A stretch of DNA of 60,000 nt, from contig CM052817.1 in NCBI GenBank assembly GCA_028534125.1, positions 37,946,001-38,006,000 of the forward strand, given 5' to 3'. Each line of letters begins with the position of its first letter. Positions within the stretch are counted from its first letter, which is position 1. The translations under genes were made by a program, and so were the position numbers. The notes beneath the pieces were generated by a model. The model saw only the letters and a program-made list of their open reading frames with translations. It searched no databases and was not told where the DNA came from. Positions 14,013-26,654 of the stretch are shown piece by piece. This DNA comes from Lama glama. Taxonomy: Eukaryota.

Positions 14013-16041
14013 ACTGAATTTTTATGCATTGCTACAAGGGGGTAGACAATGTGTCTGACAATTTTTTGTAAGTTAAAACATATACCTATCCCATGATCCA
14101 ACAATTCTTTCCCCGAAGAAATGAAAACATATTTGTTCAAAAATGCATGTATATAAATGTTCATGCAGCATTACTGATATCCAAAAAATAGAAACACCTC
14201 AAATATCTGAAAGCAGAATGGATAAACATACATTTTACTCAGCAACAAAAGAACTATTGATACTTAACACTAACATGGATGCATTCTGAAAGCATTTTGC
14301 TGAGCAAAGGCCCAGCGAAAGAGTACATACTGTATGATTTCATTTATATGAGTTCTAGGACGAGAAAAACCAATCTATATAGAGAAAGAAGTTAGAACTC
14401 GTTTCATGGGGGATGGGGACTACTGTCGAAAAAACGGTATGGGGTGTGCTTTTCAGGCCGTTCTTTATCTTCACTGGAATGTGAATTACGTGGATAGGTG
14501 CATTTGTCAAAATCCATCAACCTGTACACTTAAGAACTGTTCATTTTGCTGTGGGTAAATTCTACTTGATTAAACCTAGATTAAAAATATTAAAAATAAG
14601 AAGTAGAGGTAACTATCTGTCAAAACTTGTATGTAAATCTCATGGAAATACAGTAAAATTCCTTACAGATTGAAATTTGAGAAGTAAATTGTTTCTTTTG
14701 TTATTGTTTTGTTTTACTTTTTACCTGTTTTATGACTGTATTTTAGTAATTTTTTTCCCATGGGGGACTTATTTTCTCATATAATAGGAAGTCTAGAAGT
14801 AGAAAAGATCCAGAATTTCTTAATTCAGTAGTTTAATGGTATCATCAAACTCATAGCTCAGCATTTCTTCTCAAAATCATTTCCTGTAGTGACTGTTATG
14901 AGTGTGTTGCTTCCAGGCATCCATGTGTCGACAATGACACCCAGTGAAAAAATGACAGACCATAAGTTCCTTGTGTCACTTGAACATTTTCCTATTATAA
15001 ACTATCATAGACATATCAAGTAGCATATATTTTATACATTTAGGGTTTAACGAATAATGAAACAATTTTGCATGACCTCACCACTCAGAGTAGACATAGC
15101 AAACACCACTGAAGACCCCTGTATGCCTCTTCCCAGTGGTGGTCTTCCCCTCCCCAGGAGAGCTGGCCAGGCTCTTGAATTTTGCATTTTTTGTTCTTTT
15201 GCTTTTCTTTACAGTTTTATAATAGTCAAAGAGAATTCCTAAATAATATATTGTTTAGTTGTGCATATTTTGTACCTTTCTTAAATGAAGTTAACCATTA
15301 CTTCATTTGTTAAACACGTTTATGATACTTCATCATGTTGATGCTTGTTTCTTTATTCCACCACTTCATTGCTATATTCCACTAAATGAATGTACATTAT
15401 TTATTCATTGGCGTCTCTATGAATATTTGTTTTTTCCAGTATTAATTTTTTATTATTTATTTCTTTTGCAATTTATTTCTTTTGCAACCTTTGAATACAA
15501 AGGTATTCAAGTGAATTGCCTTTTCTATGTATCCTGGTAGCAAAATGCAAGACTTTCTCTGGAGATATGTGTTAGTAGTGTGGTAGGTTATGCACAAATG
15601 TTCTATATAGTGCTATTTTCTCCTAAATTTGGTTGTTCCAATTGCCAAAACTATCAGCAGTATATCAATATCCACATCTGATCAACCTGTTTTCAAAAAC
15701 TGAGTATTATCATACTTTTCAGTTTTTATCAATTTGATAGATAGAAAATAGTATCTCAATGTGGTTTTAAATTATACATATATTTATGGGCGCCTTTATA
15801 TTTCTTTTTCCAAGAAACTTATCTCTCTCTCTCTCTCTCTCTTTTTTTTTTTTTTTTGCTAATTCTTCTATTGGGTTCTTTGTCTTTTTCTTCTTATATT
15901 TTAGAAGCTCTTTATAGATTCTGGGTAAATCTCTCTTTAGTTATATGTATTTCAAATATCTCTTCTCAGTTTGTGGCCCCTTTTTTAACTCTATCACATT
16001 TTTTTAAGAACAGAAATTATTCATTTTAAATAGTCTGTTTT

Positions 16042-16191
16042 GGAGGGAGGGTATAACTCAAGTGGTAGAGCACATACTTAACGTGCGTGAGGTTCTAGGT
16101 TCAATCCCCAGTACCTTCCTTAAGAATAAACAAGTAAATAAATAAACCTAATTACCTCCCCCAACCAAAAAAAAAAAAAGCAAAAGAATAG
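16042..16191 (+). mobile_element. Camelid tRNA-derived SINE (Vic-1-like)
   Basis: Head ggagggtataactcaagtggtagag (A box) ... ggttcaatcccc (B box), A-rich tail; TSD aaatagtctgtttt (16028-16041) / aaatagtctatttt (16192-16205). Confidence 0.88.
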
Positions 16192-16371
16192 AAATAGTCT
16201 ATTTTATCAATAATTTCTTTTATAACTTAGCATATTTACACATTACTTATGATGTATTTCTCAGACATTCAACTACCTTTCCTTTTATATTATTTAAAGT
16301 TTGGTCTTTCCTGAAAAGTTTAATCCTTCTGGAACTGTGTTTTGTATACCGCACGAAGATGAGGTAGGGGT

Positions 16372-16859
16372 TGTCAAGTACCGTGAAGAGTCTGAGATGT
16401 TACCCTACTTGCAAGCTACCTTTTATAGATGCTTGCAGAAGACACACAATCCCTGGGTCAGATCAAAGTTCTTTATTACATTAATAGCAGTAGCTAGGGT
16501 GTCAGAATTCATGCCAGTTTCTCAGGCCCCGATTCCTGCAGGGTGACTTAAAGAAGGTCAGGTGACCCTGCAAATACTGTGAGTTATGTTATATAGAAGA
16601 GGAACTCCAAGCTTGGAGAACCCGAATCTTTTATAGTGGGTGGCTAGCGTTCCTGACCTTTTCTCCATAGCGACACCTTATCTATATTATACTGGGAGTA
16701 ATCAAACCTGCTTTTTGCTCCAGAGGGAAATATATCTTTCTCTTCCAAGGCTGTTTGCTCTATCACCATCCTTGAGAAGACAGTCTAGAATAAAGGCAGC
16801 CAGTGCTTCTGCTTATGACACATAATTATGAGAGGCCCATAGAGAACTGTCTCTTAACA
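16372..16859 (-). mobile_element. Solo ERV LTR (ERVL class, MER54/MER74-like)
   Basis: TG...CA termini (tgtcaag...ttaaca); 5-bp TSD-like ggggt/gggat; interrupts the host L1; strand inferred from tttatt and ttttata on +. Confidence 0.7.
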
Positions 16860-18558
16860 GGGATGTGCTTCCTCCCACCCCTTGCCCCGATATTTATGAC
16901 CAGTTATCTCAGATAGCTTTTAATGTATGGATTCTTCTTTCCCCAGGTGTCTTTAATATAGTCAGGTTTGAATATTAACATAACATAATCAGGTTTCCAT
17001 GTATGTATGTGTCTGTTTCTGGGCTCTCTGTTCTATTAATCAGTAGTCTGTCTCTGCATTGATCCCATATACCTTTACTTACTATGGCTTTATAATAAAT
17101 CTTGACCTCTGGTAGAGCAATTTCTCCCCCAACCCCCACAGATACCCATTTTATTCTTCTTCAGAAGTGTCTTAAATACTCTTGTATTTTCATTCTTCCT
17201 CATATTTAAAAAATCTACACAAGTTTCAATGTAAAATATTTTTTCATGCAATCCAGACCTTCTTTCTGGGGTTGTTTGGCTTGCTCCAGAATTTTGTTTA
17301 AAACTTCCTAAAGTAGACTTTATTCAGGTGTCTCCAGTGTGTCTTTCCACCATAGATAGGTTCCAAGCTTTGGTTCCTGTATTCTGCATGCTGCCCTTTT
17401 AAAGCCAAAGTTCTGGTGTTCAGACATCAGCAGATGGTCTGGGGACAAATGACAGGTTCAGCTCATTTACTTCTCTGCATGGATCCTTTCACATTGTTTT
17501 CAGCTTCTCTGAATTTTTCTTGCCTTTTTTTTTTTTTGGCAGCTCAGCTGTGCATCTTAAAAGATATTTTGTCTATTTCACCTAACCATTTTAGGAGTTT
17601 TGCACAGAGTGTTTTTCAGGATAGGTAATCATTCATATTGCCAAAAACAGAAGTCTCATGTCAATAGTGATTTTAAAATTGTTTAATCCCACAAAATTAC
17701 ATCTTCCACACAATAAACTTTCAACAAAGTGTGTTTAATTGAACTTAATAACATTTCAATTGGGTTTTTCTGATGCTGCCTCATCATTCCGAAATAACCC
17801 AGGACCTAACTTGGCATTTCCACCGTTAGATGATTTTTATCCTATCATTTAAACTTAAAAAATATTTCAAATACACAGAAAATAATATAATTGAATCTTT
17901 GTACTTGCCGTGAAGATTAAACACATGTTAATATAGTGTCCTGTTTTCTTTAGTCTGTAGTTATATGACTAGATAACAAGCAGTGTATATTATTTCAGGT
18001 ACTTTAAAATTTTACATTAATAATATAGTGATCTTCATGAACCTTTTGAAACCTGCTTTTTTCCCCCCTCTCAACATCATGTTTGAAAATTTTTTCTATA
18101 CTGATACCCTAAGCTTTAATTCAGTTATTGCAAGTCCTAGCCGTAATTTTATTGTAAATTAAATTTTATTTAATGGTATCTTTATTCTACAATGAACATT
18201 CTTTTATACATCCTTTTGAACTTATATTTGAGACTTTAAAAAAAATTAGATGCCTAGAACTGAAAATGCTTTGTAATAGGATGCACTTAACTTTAACATT
18301 TAGGTATATCCAGTTTCTTGTATCTAGTCTTTATGATCGTGATGACATTGATCATTATAGAAGATAAGACATTTTTACCTTATTTTGTTATTTAATCTTT
18401 ACAGTTTGTGAAAAGTACCTAATAACTGGTCTGGACAAGGATTGTGCTGAATATATGTTGTGCACGACATCTTGTGTATAATTCAAATTCATACTATTAG
18501 ATAATGAATAGTTAGGTGATTTGGAACTTCATACCCCTCTTTTTTTCTATAGGTATTT

Positions 18559-18624
18559 ATGAGCCTCCATTTCTTGTACTACTGCAGTGAACCAACCTTG
18601 GATGTGAAAATTGCCTTTTGTCAG
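18559..18624 (+). CDS. MAPK10: MAPK10/JNK3 first coding exon (exon 18553-18624, 6 nt 5'UTR), encodes MSLHFLYYCSEPTLDVKIAFCQ
   Basis: Acceptor tttttttctatag|G at 18552/18553, ATG at 18559, donor CAG|gtgtgt at 18624/18625, phase 0. The translation is the JNK3-specific N-terminal extension. Confidence 0.97.
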
Positions 18625-19759
18625 GTGTGTGTTCCTTACAGGTAAAACAAGGTACAGTATATTCCCTTGTATTTCCATTTTGCCATTCCATCTTGCATAA
18701 TTCCACACCAGAGTTAGTATTTATGTAATATTAAAAGTAGCTTAGGAAATAAAAGTGGATACCTAGGTGTTTTTTTCTTTCCCAGTTCATTTAAGTTAGA
18801 ATAGGAATGAAGAGCTTTCTTTTTAATAATTCTAAATACAGTATTTCATCACTGTAGGGAGTGATGTCTTACTAGATTTAACGTTATTAGTGTCGTTTTC
18901 AGATCCTTGCAATGTGGTTTTAATCATCAAAATAGCTCAGTTCTATGTTACTTTTCATTCTAACGACAGATGAGCCCCTAGTAGAGTATCTCCGATACCT
19001 AAGTATCATAATATTTTCCCTAGGAGATGCTCAGTTTGCTTTTTGATGCCCAGTTCTAACCAGTAGTTGGTAAAAAGGCTGAACAACAGACAGTAATGAC
19101 AAAGGTGTCTTTCATCTACAGTGAACACTAGTAAGAAGGTGGTGTGCATGGACCAGATAAGAGTCTTTTGCTCTTATATTCACACAAACTCTGTTCTTAG
19201 GAAATAGGGTACCTGAGGCACCTGTACCTACTATACGTATGTTTAGGTAGTTCTCACTTAAGCCTGACATCATGACAGAATTAATAGTGCTCATTTTTAC
19301 ACTCAGAAATTATTTGTTATTTGGCCAATATATTATATGGTAACTCTATTCATACCCCAAGCAGAGAGCACTTCGGTTTTTCTCTAATGATTTTCATGGT
19401 GTCTTCTCACTGAGCTGGGCTGTAGACAGAGAATGATATTCATCCATTGAGACAAGGTTTAAAAAATAACTCTACAGCTTCTATTATTTTGATACAATAT
19501 TTTCTGATTCTAGAAGTAATATGTGCTTACTATAGAAAATGTAGAAAAGTACAAAGGGAGAGAAAACATTGGTCAATCTGTTCTTCTTGAGAGTAGAATT
19601 TCTGTGGGAAAGTGAAGTGTGTTGCATGCTATGAGCAGGTTTTACTGATCTGCTTCATCTTCCCAACCTCTAAATGCAGTGCTGGAAGTCTCAGACTTAA
19701 GATAACTGCTTTTCTCTAGAAAGAACTCTGTATCTGAGCAGCCTTGGTTAGAAATTACA

Positions 19760-19910
19760 AATCTAACACTTACTAGCCGTTTACTTATGACCTTGGGCAA
19801 GTTAGTTAACCTCACTGTGTTTCAGTACCTAACTTCTAGGTTTATGAGAATTAAGTGAGTTCGTACTTGCCGAACACCGAGAACAGTGCTGGAATGTTTT
19901 TGTTAAATAG
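19760..19910 (+). mobile_element. MIR
   Basis: tgaccttgggcaagttagttaacctcactgtgtttcag...gagaattaagtgag. Confidence 0.75.
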
Positions 19911-19934
19911 CTAACTAAATTTAAAATAAATTTA

Positions 19935-21140
19935 CATTCACTCTTCTGGTACTCCCTCTGAGTTCTAGTGTTTTAAATATTATCAACATGTTGGACACTC
20001 CTACAGTTCTATCTCCAACACAAACCTCTCCCTGAAGCTAGACTCGTCTACCAACTGCTTGTTCTACATCTCAGCTTAGATGTCTAGTAGGCATATCAAA
20101 CGAAATATGTCCCAAACCAAACACTTGACCTTCCCTACAAAATTGCTTTGCTCTAATTCAGTAAATGCTAGATCCATATTTCCCGTTTCTTAGAACAAAA
20201 TCTTCAGAATCATCTTTTGGGCAACACTTGGCATCCAATCTGTCAGCAAATTCTGTTGGCTCTGCATTAACAATATATCTGGAATCTCACCACTTCTTGC
20301 CATTCTCTCCTCTACCATTCTGATCCAAGCTACCATAACTCTTATCTGGATTAATGCAAGAGCTTCCACGCTTGCTCACCCCCAAATGGTTTACTCTCAA
20401 ACATCAGCAAGAGTGATACTTGAAAAATATAAGTGAGATCATGCCACATCTTGGTTAGAAACAAAACAAAACAGAAAAACCATTCGATCAAGTGAGATGT
20501 CTTCCCACCCCACTTATGGTAAACATTCTTGAAATAAATACTCAAGCCTTTAACCATGTAGATACCTAGACACGCCTCCCTGAAATGCTCTTCCTTTATT
20601 ATCCACTTGGCCCACTCCTTCACCACCTTCAGGACTTGGCTCAAATGTCATTTTAAGAAAGTCTTTTCTAACTATCCTATTTTAAATTGCCCCTTCCTAA
20701 CCCACATTGTCTATCCAGCTTCCCTGCCTTTCCTTTTTCCCCTGCGTAGCGCTTTTTGGCATATGTGTGACTAATCTCTTGCTTCTCCCTCTCTGCTAGA
20801 ATGCATTTTTTCCACTTGGACATGGAGTTTTTTCAACAGTGTGCACACACAGGCTCACACAGGTTCACAAGGGTTGATTGTGCACATCTCTTCCCAGCTC
20901 TAAGTTCAAGGATGTTGGGTTGGTCGACTGAACTCTGTCATGATAGGAACATATACATTATGTAAATAAGCAATTGCTGCAGATGAGTTCTCTTCCGTCC
21001 ACCACCCCCAGCCAGTTGTTGAGCAATTACCAGCACGTCGTTGGGGTTTTGTCTCTTTTGCACACTGCTGTACTGTAGCACTAACAATAGTATCCGGAAT
21101 ATGGTGGACTCTCACCAAATATTTGCTTAATGAATGAATA
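19935..21140 (+). mobile_element. L2 3' portion, interrupted by a MER63-like element
   Basis: tctatctccaacacaaacctctccctgaagctagactc...ccaatctgtcagcaaattctg...aaatatttgcttaatgaatgaat. Confidence 0.8.
20838..21040. mobile_element. MER63A-like hAT DNA transposon
   Basis: gattgtgcacatctcttcccagctc...gccagttgttgagcaattaccagcac. Confidence 0.6.
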
Positions 21141-23114
21141 AGTGATATATTTGGTTAATGTAATCAATTGCAACTGTGATTGTGCTCTGGTGGAAAATGA
21201 GCAGACCTGAATTTCTGGTTAGAATATCTGGGTTTACCATTTGCAAGCTGTATGACTGAGCTGTTTCCTTACGTCCATGATCCTAGCCATTTACCATGGG
21301 CACTAACACTTAAACAAACCACAAACAAACAAGTATATATTTTACGTATTTCATGACTAAATCTGAACTTTAAAAACTAGCAATTAGAAAAATCTTAACA
21401 CTTCAGCTATTTTTTTAAATCCAAAGAGTTTTTATGTAGGTTGAAGTTATTTTTAAATCAGCTCCCAGAATTTGGGTACAGATGCAGAATGTCTATTTCT
21501 AGGAAGAGTTCTTTTAAAGCAAAGGAATACAGAGAAGAAATGAAGCATGAACTTTCTTAATGACTCTTGATTTTTTTTTTTTTTTTTGCTCACTATGTGC
21601 TTTCGGTACCCAGAAAATATACATACATATTCTATCACTTAAAAAAACTAAAAATATCATAGCACACAGAGTATTTCTAGTTGTGACTCAGAGCATTTTA
21701 TTTACTTTCCATATAGAATTTTTATTTGATAATAATGTTTATTTTTTTCTTTTCCTGTAGCCCTATGCCTTATTTACTATTCTAGCAATTTAAAGAAAAT
21801 AGTGTATTTATTATTAGAGGCAGAATTCTCTTTTTGGTTTTACTTTAAAACTATATTCTTTGGAAGCTTCTCATTTCATGAGACATCTCATGGATCCTTG
21901 GTATGCTGTGGGGTTTAACATGATCTCCAGCAGGGGTTAGGTTGCTCCCAACTTCTTGCCACACAGACGACACACAAAGACCACCTTGTCTTTAACAACA
22001 AGTGTATCCAGATTCCAGGTCTCTTGAGTCTTAATCTGTGGCTTTAAAACATGTCATATCTCCAAGGTTTTCACTGTTATCAGTAAGGAATCATAGAAAA
22101 TATGGAAAATAAAATTGCCCAGATAATTACTTTTTAACAGTAAATATGTACATTATCTGTAGTAGTATTAAGTTTATTTCTTAGTTGAATTATTTGAAAA
22201 ACATTGGATTCATTGAATTTTTTAGCTACTCCTGTTGATCTATTTTTTTAAACAGCAAGCAGTTTTTGTAGGCAAGAGGTTTCTTGTTATATTCTGGAGA
22301 GAAACTTGTGTTTGTAATGTTAGAGAATAAAAAAAATCTTTAGATTGCACTTGTATGAATCCTTTACAAAAATATAGACCAACAGGGAATTGAAAGTGCA
22401 AAAACTCTTGATTCTCCTGAGAAATAGGTAAGCCTTCTTAATCTTCTTTCCTCTATTGAACAAAGAAGTGTAGAGCTGTTAAATTTCACTCTATGAATTA
22501 AAAAAAAATCAGTGAAGAGTGCTATTTTGGAACTCTGCTGTCCTAAATAGATGAGTCAGGGTCTTAGCCAGGGAACTTATACATAGAAAGATATTTTGTG
22601 TTGGAAACTGCATGCACACCTGCTGGTGTCTACAGTATTTACCACATCCTGATATGTGTTACCTTTGGCTCTACAGGTTTGTGTTTTCCTCATTCTGCGG
22701 TGACTGTCTCTGGGGCAGGACCAGGGCATCCTCATTCTTGCCTTCCAAGCCCAGAATTCTATTTTAATTCAGTAAATGTTCAGTAAATGCTTTTTGAGTA
22801 AAATACTGTAAATAAAAACTCAGAAAAACACTGCATCCTGAATAGAAATCTGTTTCCCTTTCAAAATCAAGTTAATTTCTCAACATCTGAACACCTTATA
22901 ATTTATATTGATAAATTTAATTGCATTTTGGTTATTCTGCTAATTACAAGTCAATGTTAACCTAACATTTATCTAAAAGTTATTAAGTTATTGTCTGCTC
23001 TAGATGTTTACTGATGCTTGAGTTGGTTGTGAATTATTTGAAATGATTTCCTGATTTTCAGAAAGCCTGAGACACAAAAGTTTCAAATTAATGAATCAAC
23101 AATTATGAGTTTAA

Positions 23115-23295
23115 ATGAGTTTCTACTGTATAGCACAGGGAACTATATTCAATATCTTGTAGTAACCTGTAATGAAAAGAATATGAAAAGGAATGTAAGT
23201 ATGTATATGTATGACTGAAACATCATGCTGCACACCAGACACTGACACAACATTGTAAACTGACTATACTACAATTAAAAAACAACAACAAAAAT
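23115..23295 (+). mobile_element. L1 3' end, 5'-truncated
   Basis: ctactgtatagcacagggaactatattcaatatcttgta...attgtaaactgactatact plus A-tail; 14-bp TSD aattatgagtttaa at 23101 and 23296. Confidence 0.88.
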
Positions 23296-23744
23296 AATTA
23301 TGAGTTTAAGTAACACTAGAAATAAGGGGACTGAGCTCAGTGGACTTCTTTTTGGCTATGACACAGAAACTCATCATGCCTTTGTTACATTTTCTATGCA
23401 AGGAGATACCTACACATTGACAGGCTGATTACTGATTAATTCCATAGTTCATTTATTCAGCACATTTTTACTGAGAACCTATCTTGCGTATCTATAACTT
23501 GTAGAAATTAGGGGTACAGGGTGAGCAATATAGTTGCTCTCCTCAAAGAACACACTGTCTAGTCTAAAGCACAGTAAAGATTGGCTAGGCTTATAAGCGC
23601 AAAGTAAACCTACTCCTCTTTGAATTAGAGACCTCAGTGGTAACTATGGGCTAAATAATAATCAGTCAGAAAAAAAAAAACACTGCAATACTTACCAAAT
23701 GCTTACTATGTGTGAAGACTTCATTAAGACTTTACCTCATCTAA

Positions 23745-24160
23745 TTTTTTTCTTTTTTCAATTAGAAAAATTAATTTTATTTTTTTATTGAAGTGTAGTT
23801 GATTTACAATGTTAGTTTCAGGTGTACAATAAAGTGATTTAGTTACACATACACATACATATATATTTTTTTCAGATTCTTTTCCATTATATGTTATTAC
23901 AAGAAATTGAATATAGTTCCCTGTGCTGTAAAGTAGGTCTTCGTTGTTCATCTGTTTTACATATACATGTGTATCTGTTAATCCCAAACTCCTCATTTAT
24001 CCCTCTCCTCACCCATTCCCCTTAGGTAACCATAGTTTGTTTTCTATGTCTGTGAGTCTGGTTTTGGTTTGTCAATAGAATTTGGATCATTGTTTTTTAG
24101 ATTCCACATATATGTGATAGCATATGATATTTGTCTTTCTCTGACTTACTTCACTTAATG
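23745..24160 (-). mobile_element. L1 3' end, 5'-truncated
   Basis: Poly-T, ttttattgaagtgtagttgatttacaatg...tatagttccctgtgctg...gacttacttcacttaatg. Confidence 0.85.
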
Positions 24161-26214
24161 TCTGATTTTTACAACACCATTAACTATCAAGACAGAATCC
24201 AATTATGTTTTATTCTGGAGTTGGAAATCTCAACCATTAAACTAGAAGGTCTTTCTCTAGTCCCATTATGAACTTCTTGAAATCTCCATCAGTTGTACAG
24301 GGTTTTGACTGAAGTGAGTAGCAACTAAGAACCAAAATACTATGATTAAATGCAAAGAAGCCTAAGATTCTATTTCCTACTGGTCACCAGTAGGGAAAAG
24401 AAAAAGACTTTATATAAATTCTGAAGGATAATTGTGATATATAAGGTTTAAAATATTACTGAGAATATGACAGAAATCTCAGTCTCTTTGTGGATTTCTT
24501 ATTGTCAAAATTATTCTTCAATATCTTTTGAGTTCTTATTGTTTTTCATATAACATCTTGTTGGATATGATAGCCAAGACTTAGCATGTTGAGTTTTTTC
24601 CAGTTAAAGCAATATTTTTCATAACAGATATAAAATATTACCAGATAACTTAACTAATTAACTAAATTTTGTTTTAGTATGCTGATGTCTGGATAACAAA
24701 AGAACTCTTTGTGTATATGTAATAATTTTCCTAGCCAAGATTACTGTTCTAAATAAATGAAAACTTAACTCTTCAGCAAATTTCAAAAGAGTGAGTAAAT
24801 TTAGTGCTATATTTATTTCTTATGCCTTGGACAGGTTTTTTCCTAAAGATTTATTAAGTAATTATTCCAGTTAATAAATAGATCCAATTATGCTACTAAA
24901 GATTATCTAACAAAAAAAGTAAAGGTTCTATCTAAGATTCGGTTCTGTAATGATGAACTTCTCTATATTGGTTTATTGTGAGTATGTGTTTGGTTTGCTT
25001 GAAGCACAAAGTTTGGACTTGACTTTTTGTTGAATAATCTTAACCTGAAATGTAAATGTAGCTTACTATTATGAGTTTAATTATGGTTGAAGTGTTAATC
25101 AGATTAAATGAAGTTATTATTTATATCTGTCAAAATCATGCTGTGAAATATCCCAGAATTATCTCTGGTTTTCAGTGTATGGTTAACTTGTGGATTCCAT
25201 TTTAATCCTATATAAATATTCCTAAGAAATCAACTAATTCTTTAAATATACTATTTTAATTCTGTTCTTCTTCTTATGACTTTGGAAAATATATTGTGAT
25301 AATTTTGTTTTCCTGCACTGGTATTATCTGAGGTTGGGGTGCATGCTCAGCAAAGGCTGAATTTTTCAGTAGGTTGAGAAGAATAATGTCTTCTTTGATT
25401 CTGAGTTCTAAGATGAGTTCCAATCAGGAATGTGTCATTCAACTCTTCTTTTGCTTATCTTCTCTGAAGGTGGATATTTAACTAATTATATACTCTGTAC
25501 ATCTCTAACTCATTTTTAAAAAGGTCAAGCAGCTACAAAAGTACATATTTAAGGAGATGAAAACCAAGACTTTGGAGAATGTGTAATTACTAAAATTAGG
25601 TACAAGTAGATCTATGATTATGCAATGATAGGATGATAATAATATCATATAGGATTTAAGAATAGTGTCCTTTAATGTATAAATTAAAATAGGACTTTAA
25701 TGTTTCATATTCTTAAATGTAGCATTTGATAAACTCCCATTTTCCTTTCTAAAAATACAAAGACATATTTTTAGAGATGAGTCCAGTGCAATCCAGATAA
25801 CATACTTTAAACATTTTCATTCCTAAGTGACTTTTTATTCTCCTTATGATGAAACACAATCTTTTGCTTTTACCATGAGAAAGTATTTTTAAAAAATTAA
25901 CCATTATTTATTAATCTGGAAATTTTGTCCTATCTTGATTAAATAATACTTCTTATTATTGCCTATTTTATACTCTTCTTTCTTTCTTGTGGACACATTG
26001 GGAATATGCAGATCAAAAGTATAGAATTCAGGGTGCTTAGTTTGATAGGCTAGATCCTTGTGATAATGAAGCCAGCATTCCAGGCTTGACCCTGTAAGGG
26101 ACAATTTAATATTAAGCTCCATGAGGACAGGAGCTTTATATTTTCAGTGCTTAGAACATTGCTTGGCACATTGTAAGACCAAAATAAATGTTTGTTGAGT
26201 GAGAAACATACTGA

Positions 26215-26508
26215 AATAGTGTATAGGCCTCAAATCTCAATAACGCATCAGAACAAAAGTTTATTTCCTTTTGTACAAAGTCTAGGGCAGGTTAGTAAGG
26301 GGTCTCCTCTATCTGGTGACACAGGAATTTTGACTTCTGCCAGCTTGTGACTCAGGAATTGCTATCTTGTGGTGTCCAGCTATGACCCCAGAGTGTGGAA
26401 AGCAGTGGATTGTGGAGGTATGTCCTCCAAATGCCCCTGCATTTAGGTGACACCTGCCACTTCTGCTTGTAGTCCCTTGGCTAGAAGTAGTCACTTGGCC
26501 CCTACAGA
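26215..26508. mobile_element. MaLR (MLT1-type) LTR fragment
   Basis: acaaaagtttatttcc...cacttctgcttgtagtcccttggctagaagtagtcacttggcc. Confidence 0.55.
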
Positions 26509-26511
26509 TAA

Positions 26512-26552
26512 GTATAGTAGTAGTAGTAGCAGCAGCAGCAGTAGTAATAGCA
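26512..26552 (+). repeat. Compound (TAG)n(CAG)n microsatellite at a MIR tail
   Basis: gtatagtagtagtagtagcagcagcagcagtagtaatagc. Confidence 0.85.
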
Positions 26553-26654
26553 ACAAACAACTTTGCTGAGAGTTTCCTGTAAGCTTATGCCGTGTTAAGA
26601 GCTTTACATAGATGTTCACATTTAACTTTCCCACTAATCAAAAGAAGTAGATTG

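Larger units (their letters stand above)
11460..14600 (+). mobile_element. Old, rearranged L1 (ORF2 to 3'UTR), interrupted by younger L1 insertions at 13442-14012
   Basis: L1 motifs acttcaaaatattcctgaga, tggaatagaatagagtcctgaaatagacccacac, atggccaataaacacatgaagaaagttctcaac, tacatactgtatgatttcattta, tgtacacttaaga. Confidence 0.8.
15000..17230 (-). mobile_element. Old L1 (L1ME-like), interrupted by a SINE (16042-16191) and an LTR (16372-16859)
   Basis: atagtatctcaatgtggttttaa, ctattgggttctttgtcttttt, gtctgtttctgggctctctgttcta, tactatggctttataataaatcttga. Confidence 0.7.

Noticed and set aside
16042..16120. tRNA gene (A and B boxes)
   Set aside because: It is a SINE head with an A-rich tail and TSD, and a second copy lies at 44356-44474
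21922..21940. CTCF-like motif ctccagcaggggtt
   Set aside because: Only a partial match, lacking the terminal GGC, with no other support
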